Position numbers and translations under genes: made by a program
The notes under the pieces: generated by a model
The model's input: the letters and a program-made list of their open reading frames with translations, nothing else
Databases searched by the model: none
Told to the model about the DNA's origin: nothing
Part shown: positions 1 to 8,479 of the stretch, piece after piece
Layout: every line of letters starts with the position of its first letter
Numbering within the stretch: the stretch's first letter is position 1
Origin: Thermoplasmata archaeon
GTDB taxonomy: Archaea; Thermoplasmatota; E2; DHVEG-1
NCBI GenBank assembly: GCA_014894395.1
Contig: JADBLO010000065.1
Location: 3,840 to 67,839 of the forward strand
Direction of reading: 5' to 3'
DNA: 64,000 bases

Positions 1-2083
1 CTATTAACTCAGTAATACGTGGGAACTTCTGAAAAATCGCTGAATTCCAGATGATACTATTCACTGCTGAATTTCTTGAAATCGTCTTGGTAAGACTCAC
101 GTTAAAAACACCATCAGTAAAACTATTCACTCGGAAACGTGCGTTCATACCCATCAGGAGCGGTTCGCGATAGACAAGGTTCACCATGCCGTACCGATTT
201 CCATCAATACACGCAGTGAAATTCATAACTCCATCAGCATCGCAAAGAGCCTGTGGATTAACAGAGAAGTTCACCATTTCATTTTCAATAAGAGTTCCTG
301 AAACATTATACCATTTACCACTCAGACACAAATGGAAATTATCAGTCGTATCACTATCGCGTTCTCGTTTCACGCTAAACAATGATACATCATAATCAGT
401 TGGATCAAGGAACTCTAATATTCCCTGCAAAAACCACGCATTCTCGTTGCTAGGAACCGTATATATGCCATAAATTGTTTCATAACTAGATCCAAACGTA
501 TGAGAGAACACTTGACTGTCACTACCAGAAAGTACGCTATACTGTGACTTTGTACCCCAGTCACTACAACGTACGCTCATGTTTAGTCTCCCACTGCCAG
601 AGAAGCACCGAGCTGTCATAGTAAAATTGTATGTTTGACCAGGAACAGCGGCACAAATGGTTCCCATTGGAAAACTACGATACGGCTGTCCACTCCTCCC
701 GTCTTCCTGTAAGCCCTGATGAGGATATTTCTCTGGGAAGGTAATACTAGTAGGCCCATGGACTCGCATACCAGGATCCGTCCACTTGACATTACCTGAT
801 CGGTCATTACCGAATCCAAGGATAATCTCTTTTAACTTATCGTTGCTGCTCGGTGATTCCATTCGTGCATCATAGAAAAGTTCCATGGGTACAGTGCCGA
901 TAAGCTGCAGGGTAATGTCCGGTGATAACAGTTTCATATCTGTTAATTGCGTTTCGTTATCCTGAAGGAACATAGGAAAGGAATACCAATCCTCAGCATT
1001 TGGATCATAGGTAGTAGGAACATTCCATGAATGAATATATTCTGGGACCCAATGGCCACCAACGCCATTATTCTCCCAAGTAGCAGTAGTAATGCCTGTG
1101 GAGGTAATGTTGTAAATGACTATTCTGTCTTCCTCATGATAATTACCCCAATCCATTTGTGAGTAAGGAGCGGAAAACGCCATTTCATGTCCAAATTGTC
1201 GGACGGGGTATGTTTTTCCGGTGCTCTTATTATTAACATACAAATCCAGATAATGGTTATGACCATGTATCCACATTTTAATCTGCGGGTTATTCTTGAA
1301 TAAGTTAGCCCACCAGTCCATATCCTGCTTCCCACGGTATGGTTCAGAAGTATCTTCCATTGTGGTATCCTCGATAGCTTGATGACAGAAGATAATGGTG
1401 GTTGTAATTGGGTACAAACTCGTCATATATTCAATCCATTCATATTCAACTGGGTGTGTCCATTGAACGTATCCTAACTCTGGAACAGTGAGGAAAAGGA
1501 TACCATCACGCATCATCGCATATACAGGATTGTTCATGCTGAGTTCGTCGATCAATGATTTGGTAAGATTATGCGGATCATCACTGTTCATTTCATAATC
1601 ATTTACGTCGTGGTTACCTATCACACAATGAAATGGTAGATTGATAGTTGAGAGAAGATATGCTTTCAAATTATTCTTGTATTGGTTCACGTACCAGGGT
1701 AAACCTATGCCATTCACATGCCCGGTATTGTGGTTAACTATGTCTCCAAGGTGTACAGCAAAATCAAGGAGGTTAGTAGCATCAACCAAATCCTCCCCGA
1801 GTCGGTCTAGATAATCAGCCATGCCGTACAGAGGATATTGATATTTAGCACCAATATGAGTATCAGTAAACGCTGCAAAACTCAATTGTGATTTCTGCGA
1901 TACGATACTGTCATTTCCGTCACACTTAAGTACACATTTGTTTAGGGGCTCTCGTAACAGTCTATTATCTACTTCAACTATACCGTGTGTTCTATCCGCA
2001 TTTATATTTGTTGGTACCGTCGCAAAAACAGTAGAGGCGATTATCGCCGTACAAATTAAAATACCTGGTATTTTATTTTTCAT
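1..2083 (-). CDS. Secreted calcineurin-like metallophosphoesterase with long C-terminal region (3' end runs off window)
   Basis: Hand translation from ATG 2083: MKNKIPGILICTAIIASTVFA signal peptide, then FTDTHIG, HLGDIV, IGNHD and IHGHNH motifs. The frame is still open at position 2, and the missing stop explains its absence from the ORF track. Confidence 0.85.
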   Translation of the reverse strand, partial: MKNKIPGILICTAIIASTVFATVPTNINADRTHGIVEVDNRLLREPLNKCVLKCDGNDSIVSQKSQLSFAAFTDTHIGAKYQYPLYGMADYLDRLGEDLVDATNLLDFAVHLGDIVNHNTGHVNGIGLPWYVNQYKNNLKAYLLSTINLPFHCVIGNHDVNDYEMNSDDPHNLTKSLIDELSMNNPVYAMMRDGILFLTVPELGYVQWTHPVEYEWIEYMTSLYPITTTIIFCHQAIEDTTMEDTSEPYRGKQDMDWWANLFKNNPQIKMWIHGHNHYLDLYVNNKSTGKTYPVRQFGHEMAFSAPYSQMDWGNYHEEDRIVIYNITSTGITTATWENNGVGGHWVPEYIHSWNVPTTYDPNAEDWYSFPMFLQDNETQLTDMKLLSPDITLQLIGTVPMELFYDARMESPSSNDKLKEIILGFGNDRSGNVKWTDPGMRVHGPTSITFPEKYPHQGLQEDGRSGQPYRSFPMGTICAAVPGQTYNFTMTARCFSGSGRLNMSVRCSDWGTKSQYSVLSGSDSQVFSHTFGSSYETIYGIYTVPSNENAWFLQGILEFLDPTDYDVSLFSVKRERDSDTTDNFHLCLSGKWYNVSGTLIENEMVNFSVNPQALCDADGVMNFTACIDGNRYGMVNLVYREPLLMGMNARFRVNSFTDGVFNVSLTKTISRNSAVNSIIWNSAIFQKFPRITELI

Positions 2084-2274
2084 ATAATCAAGACTGTTAG
2101 TATAGAGTAAAATACTTGGTATTTATAAATATATATACTTTTTTTATTAAAATCTTACAACACAAAATCATTTATTAACACTTCATAAGCGAGAAATCCC
2201 CAAACTTTAGTTTGCGGGATGAATCGCGCGTTCTTTTGTCTAAGAAAACTCTATGTCTTGAAAAGTGATTTTTA

Positions 2275-2329
2275 CTCTTGGACAGGCGCGCCCGCCTGGC
2301 GGCGGGTGTCATGAAAACCTGTCCAGGAG
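2275..2329 (+). promoter_or_regulatory. Stem-loop in tnpA 5' UTR that sequesters the GGAG ribosome-binding site
   Basis: CTCTTGGACAGG (2275-2286) pairs with CCTGTCCAGGAG (2318-2329). Inner stem GCGCCCGCC/GGCGGGTGT. The ATG is at 2339. Confidence 0.7.
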
Positions 2330-2338
2330 CAAAAAATA

Positions 2339-2785
2339 ATGGACTTAGTTAGCGGAAGCCATAGCATAGGCCAGAATCTCTACCACCTTGAATGGTGCCC
2401 CAAGTACAGATACAACATGTTTAGGGGAAAGGGAAATAAAAAGCTTTGCGAGGACATTTTACATGAAGTCGCCGCAAGACATAACATAGGAATGATCGAG
2501 TTGAGTGTGATGCCTGATCACATTCATACGGTTGTACAAATCCCACCAACCATGAGCGTCTCCCAAGCATTACATCTTCTGAAAGGAGCATCCTCCTACG
2601 AACTGTTCAGACGGCAACCGATGTTTCGCTATCGGTACTCACGGGGTAACTTCTGGAGTCCTGGGAAATTTTACCGCAGTGTTGGCGACGCAGACACTGA
2701 AACTGTGTTGGAGTACATCAGAAATCAACGACTGCAACAATCCTCTCTTGATGATTATCCAACTCCAGGACTACCGGGGGCGTGA
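2339..2785 (+). CDS. tnpA: IS200/IS605 Y1 HUH transposase
   Basis: YHLEWCPKYR, HUH motif DHIH, LKGASS, FWSPGKFYRSVG, catalytic YIRNQ; 148 aa. Confidence 0.95.
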   Translation: MDLVSGSHSIGQNLYHLEWCPKYRYNMFRGKGNKKLCEDILHEVAARHNIGMIELSVMPDHIHTVVQIPPTMSVSQALHLLKGASSYELFRRQPMFRYRYSRGNFWSPGKFYRSVGDADTETVLEYIRNQRLQQSSLDDYPTPGLPGA

Positions 2786-2910
2786 AGCCCCGCGATTTAT
2801 CGCGGGGAGCAGTCACTTTTCTATTTGTTTCTTCCGTCTTCTAATTGCTTAATAAATTGTCTTTTTTTGATTTTGCATAGATTCTTTCAACCTACACCCA
2901 GAAACTCAGT

Positions 2911-2926
2911 GCAAAACAATATAAAG
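2911..2926 (+). promoter_or_regulatory. BRE/TATA promoter for tfb
   Basis: CAAAACAA-TATAAAG lies about 25 nt upstream of the conserved leader at 2950. The same spacing occurs upstream of csp. Confidence 0.6.
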
Positions 2927-2949
2927 GCCAGAGACCCATATCTCTATAT

Positions 2950-3024
2950 AAAAGGAATGGAGATAAGAGTTTCACATTTTCGTTGACCCGAACGTTTGAG
3001 ATTTTTTATTTTTGTTCTTTTGTA
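2950..3024 (+). promoter_or_regulatory. Structured 5' leader, copy 1 (upstream of tfb)
   Basis: Near-duplicate of 4140-4215. A purine-rich 5' arm pairs with a U-rich 3' arm around a TTCG..CGAA-closed loop. Confidence 0.7.
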
Positions 3025-3120
3025 CTAGTCTTACTGCTAAAGGCTGAAACGGTAAAAATCTATAAAAGGAACTATTGAATAATAAAATTCTGGAAAAAGA
3101 GATGTGGGGGTTGAATTGAT

Positions 3121-4056
3121 TTGGCGAAAAAAAATAAGCAACAAATAGAAGAAATTCTCAGCTGTCCTGAATGTGGGAGTGGACATCTGAGTAAGGATTA
3201 TTCTCGAGCAGAATTAGTCTGTTCTGGTTGTGGACTCGTTGTTGATGAAGATATCATTGACCATGGCCCGGAATGGCGTGCATTCGATAACGAACAACGG
3301 GAGAAACGGTCTCGAACAGGATCCCCCATGACATATACCATCCATGACAAAGGACTGAGTACGACCATAGGGTGGACCAACAGAGATGCGTACGGGAAAT
3401 CCATTCCAACAAAAAATCGGGCACAATTATATCGACTACGAAAATGGCAACGACGCGTTCGCATCAGCGATGCAACCGAACGGAATCTAGCACTTGCTCT
3501 TTCAGGAATCGACAGACTTGCGTCAGGCATGGGTCTTCCAAGAACCGTACGAGAAACCGCAGCAGTGATCTATCGAAAAGCAGCGTTAAAAAATTTAGTA
3601 CGAGGACGAAGCATCCAAGGGGTAACAGCCGCCTCATTATATGCAGCCTGCCGACAATGCCATGTACCACGGACACTGGACGAAATAAGTACGATCGCAC
3701 AGATGCCTCGAAAAGAAATTGGCAGAAACTATCGATATGTCTCCCGTGAACTCGAATTAAAATTAATGCCGACCGCACCAAAAGATTATATCTCACGGTT
3801 CTGCAGTGAGTTAAAACTCAGCAACAACGTTCAAGCAAAAACATTGGAAATACTGGGACATGCAGCAAATCAGGAGCTTACAAGCGGACGGGGCCCCACA
3901 GGACTTGCTGCCGCTTCCTTGTACATCTCGTCAGTTCTTTGTGGTGAACGCAGAACACAACGTGAGGTTGCAGAGATCGCAGGGGTCACTGAAGTGACGA
4001 TTCGAAATCGATACAAAGAACTCGCACAAAAACTGGATATTCGTATCGTGATGTAA
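3121..4056 (+). CDS. tfb: Transcription initiation factor IIB
   Basis: Zn ribbon CPECGS...CSGCG, B-reader GPEWRAF, two cyclin repeats, [16 protein letters not shown]; TTG start. Confidence 0.97.
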   Translation: MAKKNKQQIEEILSCPECGSGHLSKDYSRAELVCSGCGLVVDEDIIDHGPEWRAFDNEQREKRSRTGSPMTYTIHDKGLSTTIGWTNRDAYGKSIPTKNRAQLYRLRKWQRRVRISDATERNLALALSGIDRLASGMGLPRTVRETAAVIYRKAALKNLVRGRSIQGVTAASLYAACRQCHVPRTLDEISTIAQMPRKEIGRNYRYVSRELELKLMPTAPKDYISRFCSELKLSNNVQAKTLEILGHAANQELTSGRGPTGLAAASLYISSVLCGERRTQREVAEIAGVTEVTIRNRYKELAQKLDIRIVM

Positions 4057-4100
4057 ATTTTTTATTCCAAGTAATGTAACAGAAACCTACGACCTTCCCC

Positions 4101-4118
4101 ATAAAAAACTATATAAAG
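4101..4118 (+). promoter_or_regulatory. BRE/TATA promoter for csp
   Basis: AAAAAAC-TATATAAAG, flanked by inverted repeat ACCTTCCC (4092-4099) / GGGAAGGT (4121-4128). Confidence 0.6.
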
Positions 4119-4139
4119 GTGGGAAGGTTATATCGCATC

Positions 4140-4215
4140 AAAAGGAATAGAAATAAGAGTTTCACAATTTCGTAAATTCGAATGTTCGAAATCTTTTTGT
4201 TTTTGTTCTTTTGTA
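4140..4215 (+). promoter_or_regulatory. Structured 5' leader, copy 2 (upstream of csp)
   Basis: Near-duplicate of 2950-3024 with the same long-hairpin potential. Confidence 0.7.
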
Positions 4216-4251
4216 AAAATCTAGATATAATCTAAGGAAAACGTGAATAAC

Positions 4252-4443
4252 ATGAAAGGAAATGTAAAATGGTATAATGCAAGAAAGGGATACGGATTCA
4301 TCCAGTGTGACGATGGTAAAGAAGTCTTCGTTCATCGGACCGCTCTCCCAATGGAAGCATCACTTAATGAGGGTGATGCAGTGGAATTTGAAGTTGAAAC
4401 ATCAGATCGAGGACCACAAGCAAAAAACGTAAAGAAGGCGTAA
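4252..4443 (+). CDS. cspA: Cold-shock protein (CSD)
   Basis: MKGNVKWYNARKGYGFI (RNP1), VFVH (RNP2), GPQAKNV. An alternative GTG start is at 4243. Confidence 0.95.
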   Translation: MKGNVKWYNARKGYGFIQCDDGKEVFVHRTALPMEASLNEGDAVEFEVETSDRGPQAKNVKKA

Positions 4444-4559
4444 GATTCTCACAAGAAACAACCGATCTGAAAACACTTTTTTTCAAAAAAATTTGAAACA
4501 AAGAGTAAACGATTAGTTATTAAAAGAGACTCAAAACAATAACATGATTTAGTAGAAAG

Positions 4560-5756
4560 GTGAAAACAATGAAATGTGAACAACTTATCATACAAACAAA
4601 ACTCCTAGCAAAACTGCAAGAACAAGATTTCAAGGAACTGACGCTTATTCAGGAAAAATGCATACCGGAAATCGTCTTGGGAAAAGATGTCGTTGGCCAA
4701 GCAGAGACAGGTTCAGGAAAAACACTCGCGTTCTGTCTTCCTATCCTCGACAAAATTATTCCTAGACGAGGACTGCAGGCGCTTGTTCTTACTCCTACAA
4801 GAGAACTGTGCGTGCAGGTCACTGATGTCTTTCGGGATTTTGGAAAAACCCTGGGGATACGGACCACGAGCGTGTACGGTGGTGTCAGCATTGGACCACA
4901 GATACACGACATCCGTACATCTGAGATCGTTATCGGAACCCCCGGCAGGATGCTTGATCACCTCCGCAGGAGAACCATTGACTTAAGCAACATTAAAATC
5001 CTTGTGCTGGATGAAACCGATAAAATGTTTGAGATGGGATTTGTCGACGATGTCGAAGAAATCATTCGCCAGATACCTCAGCAACGACAATTACTAATGT
5101 TCAGCGCCACGATATCAGAGGATGTTCATCGTCTCGCGAGAAAACATCTGAAAAATCCAGTGATTATAAAGACCCAGTCGTATGTCGATCACAGTAAATT
5201 GAAACAGATCTATTATGATATTTTTCAGCAGAACCAGAAGTTCTCTCTTCTCGTTCATTTACTGAACAGCAATACCGATGGGTTATCCATTGTGTTCTGT
5301 GGGACACGCAGAGAATCCGATGCTGTCTCAAAGAACCTTGCACGTCAAGGAATCCGCGCCTCCGCAATCCACGGGGGAATGAGACAACAAAAACGGGCGA
5401 GCTCACTGGACGCGTTGAAAACACAAAAAACCAAGGTACTGGTAGCAACAGATGTAGCTGCCCGGGGTCTTGATATCAAAAACGTCACTCACATCTACAA
5501 CTACGACGTACCGAAGACACCGACCGAATATGTTCATCGGATAGGGAGAACCGCACGTGCCGGAGCATATGGCGCAGCAATCACCCTTCTTACCGAGCGC
5601 GACCATGACAACTTCAGGCGGGTGCAAAGTAACGAAGAACTCAGAATAGAACGCGCAGATATCCCTGATTTTCGAAAGGTTCCGTTTATGCGACGGTTTG
5701 AGCCACAGGGCCATCAGCAGTTTCGAGGACCATCGCGTCATTCGTTCGGACGATGA
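4560..5756 (+). CDS. DEAD-box RNA helicase (motif II reads DETD)
   Basis: AETGSGKT, PTREL, GG, TPGR, DETD, SAT, ARGLD, HRIGRTAR. Confidence 0.95.
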   Translation: MKTMKCEQLIIQTKLLAKLQEQDFKELTLIQEKCIPEIVLGKDVVGQAETGSGKTLAFCLPILDKIIPRRGLQALVLTPTRELCVQVTDVFRDFGKTLGIRTTSVYGGVSIGPQIHDIRTSEIVIGTPGRMLDHLRRRTIDLSNIKILVLDETDKMFEMGFVDDVEEIIRQIPQQRQLLMFSATISEDVHRLARKHLKNPVIIKTQSYVDHSKLKQIYYDIFQQNQKFSLLVHLLNSNTDGLSIVFCGTRRESDAVSKNLARQGIRASAIHGGMRQQKRASSLDALKTQKTKVLVATDVAARGLDIKNVTHIYNYDVPKTPTEYVHRIGRTARAGAYGAAITLLTERDHDNFRRVQSNEELRIERADIPDFRKVPFMRRFEPQGHQQFRGPSRHSFGR

Positions 5757-5927
5757 AACAAAAACATGGTCCTGGTGTTAAACAAGAGGAAAATAAACGA
5801 GTGATGCCATAGCTTCCATGTTGCTACAGATCCTCGTCTTTCTTATTTCTTTATAAAAATTCCCATTTAATAAGTTTAAGTACCAAAAAACCTTTTAAGA
5901 ACCTGCATCTTCTCGGTGTTCGTCCAT

Positions 5928-7703
5928 ATGAGAATCGCCATAGTACTGAAAGACCGATGTAAATCAAAGCGATGCGCACAGGAATGTATCAAATTCTGCC
6001 CCAGAGTACGCGCTGGCGATGAAACCGTTGTTATGGGGGATGAAGGAAAACCAGTCATCTCCGAAGAACTCTGTGTCGGCTGTGGCATCTGCATCAATAA
6101 ATGCCCGTTCGAGGCAATCAAAATTATTGGACTAGCAGAAGAACTCAAAGGAGAGCTTGTACATCAATTCGGGAAAAACGGGTTCCGGCTCTATCGACTC
6201 CCCATCCCAAAAAAAGGCAGCTGCGCCGGTATCCTCGGACAGAACGGGATAGGAAAAACAATAGCAATCAAAATCCTTGCAGGGCAAATCATCCCAAACC
6301 TTGGGGAATATAGAAAAAAGAAGCCGTCTTGGGACGCCGTGCTGGAACACTACGCAGGCACTGAACTACATGAACATTTCAAAGCACTCTCAGAAAAGAA
6401 CCTGACCTGCGTACTGAAGCCGCAATACGTCGACCAACTCCCAAAGATAGTCAAAGGGAAAATTAGGGACTTACTCAAGAGTGCGGATACCACAAACAAA
6501 TTTGACGCTGTTGTCACGAAACTTGGGATTGGCAATCTGCTGGATAAAGAGATTGAAAAAGGAACGATCTCTGGAGGAGAACTCCAACTTGTTTCGATCG
6601 CTGCTGCCCTCATAAAAGATGTTGATTTGTACTTTTTTGATGAGCCAACCTCGTATCTTGATATCTATCAACGATTGAAAGTCGCCCGTATCATCCGGGA
6701 ACTCTCCAAAGAAAAAAAAGTCATCGTGGTTGAACACGATCTTGCGGTCTTAGATTTCCTGTGTGAAAACGTCCATATCATGTACGGGACAGAAGGCGCC
6801 TACGGTGTCGTTACCTTCCCTCGTGCTGTACGGCATTCCATTAACACCTATCTATCAGGCTATCTGAAAGAAGAGAACATTCGCTTTGGGGAGAAAATCG
6901 AGTTTTTTGCCAATCCGCCAAAGCAACAACAAGGGTTACGAATCCTTGTCTCTTATAATGATCTTACGAAAGAGTTCGAAGATTTCACACTTGAGATAGA
7001 AAGAGGTATTATCCGTTCAGGAGAAATTGTGGGAATCGTTGGTCCGAATGCGATCGGAAAAACAACATTTGTGAAGATGCTTGCTGGGGTGATTCCCCCC
7101 ACAAAAGGAACAATAGAATACGATCTGAAAATCAGTTATAAACCGCAGTATATCACTCCTGATTTTGAAGGAACTGTGCAAGAATATTTTGAGACATACG
7201 CACCACAGCTCTTTACGTCATCGTTCTACCAAACAGAGGTACGCGATGCACTTCATTTGAAGTACCTTCAGGACCATACGCTGGACACGCTCTCTGGTGG
7301 GGAACTCCAACGGGTCGCGATCGCGGCCTCTATCATTAAAGAAGCGGATATCTACCTCATCGATGAACCATCTGCGTACCTTGATAGCCAACAGCGGATG
7401 ATTGTCTCACGGATGTTACGTCGGGTCATTGAAAAATCAGGGAAATCCGCAATGGTGGTCGACCATGACGTGTATTTCATCGATATGGTGAGCGATGCCT
7501 TGATAGTGTTTGATGGCATGCCAGGGAAACGCGGACGTGCACAGGGACCGTATAGTTTGCATGAGGGGATGAATCGGTTTTTGAAAAACGTTGATATCAC
7601 CTTCCGACGGGATGAGGAGACCAAACGACCTCGGGTCAACAAACCTGATTCGTACATGGACCGGCAGCAAAAACAGAATGGTGAATATTACTATAAACTC
7701 TAA
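5928..7703 (+). CDS. abce1: Ribosome recycling ATPase ABCE1/RLI
   Basis: N-terminal 2x[4Fe-4S] Cys motifs and twin ABC cassettes (GQNGIGKT, GPNAIGKT, SGGELQ, DEP), C-terminal GEYYY. Confidence 0.97.
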   Translation: MRIAIVLKDRCKSKRCAQECIKFCPRVRAGDETVVMGDEGKPVISEELCVGCGICINKCPFEAIKIIGLAEELKGELVHQFGKNGFRLYRLPIPKKGSCAGILGQNGIGKTIAIKILAGQIIPNLGEYRKKKPSWDAVLEHYAGTELHEHFKALSEKNLTCVLKPQYVDQLPKIVKGKIRDLLKSADTTNKFDAVVTKLGIGNLLDKEIEKGTISGGELQLVSIAAALIKDVDLYFFDEPTSYLDIYQRLKVARIIRELSKEKKVIVVEHDLAVLDFLCENVHIMYGTEGAYGVVTFPRAVRHSINTYLSGYLKEENIRFGEKIEFFANPPKQQQGLRILVSYNDLTKEFEDFTLEIERGIIRSGEIVGIVGPNAIGKTTFVKMLAGVIPPTKGTIEYDLKISYKPQYITPDFEGTVQEYFETYAPQLFTSSFYQTEVRDALHLKYLQDHTLDTLSGGELQRVAIAASIIKEADIYLIDEPSAYLDSQQRMIVSRMLRRVIEKSGKSAMVVDHDVYFIDMVSDALIVFDGMPGKRGRAQGPYSLHEGMNRFLKNVDITFRRDEETKRPRVNKPDSYMDRQQKQNGEYYYKL

Positions 7704-7739
7704 AAAACATAATAAACATTCGTGTGTTTTATTTTTGTA

Positions 7740-8438
7740 ATGACGACAGTCTTTACCTGGGGACTTCTCATCTTTCTTTCGTTTCTTCCACCCCTGTTGT
7801 ATACACTTTGGATACGAAACACGGAACGATGCCATCGTGAACAATGGAAACCAATTTTTCTGTGTTTCCTCTGGGGCGCAACGATCGCTGTCGTCGCATC
7901 TTTTATCTTAGAAATCATTTTGGAATTACCGTTTACGTATTCATTGTCTCATGCTGAAATGGCTCCGTTTCTTGCAACGGTTGTCATCGCACCGGTTATT
8001 GAAGAGTTCACCAAACCTCTTGCGTTACACCTTAAATCCGTAAGAAATAATCTCGATGAATTAGAAGATGGTTTGATCTACGGAGCTGTTGCAGGATTGG
8101 GTTTTTCCGCGACAGAAAATCTTCTGTATGGATATAGTTTTTTATCTGAAGGAATTGTTGTATTTTTGGTTTTAATGGCAGTACGAAGTTTTGGCGGTTG
8201 TTTTCTTCACGCCTCCGCAACCGCATTGACGGGATATGGATATGGAAAAACAGTGATGAAACATTCGTCCTTATTTGGAGTTTTACCGTATTTTATCCTC
8301 GCGATTTTTCTTCATGGATTCTATAATTTTCTTCTCTCGTATGAATTCGTTGGGGTGATATCAGGGTTTTTCCTCGCATTTCTTTTTGTCATCATCGCGA
8401 TCACAATGATCCGAAATAGAATAAGAACCCTCGATTAA
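7740..8438 (+). CDS. PrsW-family intramembrane metalloprotease
   Basis: APVIEEFTK, GLGFSATEN, HASAT, HGFYN; multiple TM segments. Confidence 0.9.
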   Translation: MTTVFTWGLLIFLSFLPPLLYTLWIRNTERCHREQWKPIFLCFLWGATIAVVASFILEIILELPFTYSLSHAEMAPFLATVVIAPVIEEFTKPLALHLKSVRNNLDELEDGLIYGAVAGLGFSATENLLYGYSFLSEGIVVFLVLMAVRSFGGCFLHASATALTGYGYGKTVMKHSSLFGVLPYFILAIFLHGFYNFLLSYEFVGVISGFFLAFLFVIIAITMIRNRIRTLD

Positions 8439-8479
8439 AAAACCTGTTAAAAAAAAGAAAAAGAGGTGCTTTTTTCCTA

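Larger units (their letters stand above)
2187..2816 (+). mobile_element. IS200/IS605-family insertion sequence, TnpA only
   Basis: Left subterminal hairpin ATCCCCAAAC-TTTA-GTTTGCGGGAT (2196-2220), right hairpin CCCCGCGAT-TT-ATCGCGGGG (2788-2807) followed by TCAC (2813-2816), with a Y1 transposase between them. The left boundary is approximate. Confidence 0.85.

Noticed and set aside
186-1335. Short ORFs 186-395, 616-819 and 1120-1335, and the many antisense or alternate-frame ORFs elsewhere (e.g. 19223-19882, 31351-31941, 57923-58582)
   Set aside because: They are shadows overlapping well-supported genes and have no recognisable motifs.
2786-2910. tnpB or omega-RNA associated with the IS
   Set aside because: The right-end hairpin follows the tnpA stop directly, and no RuvC ORF is present.
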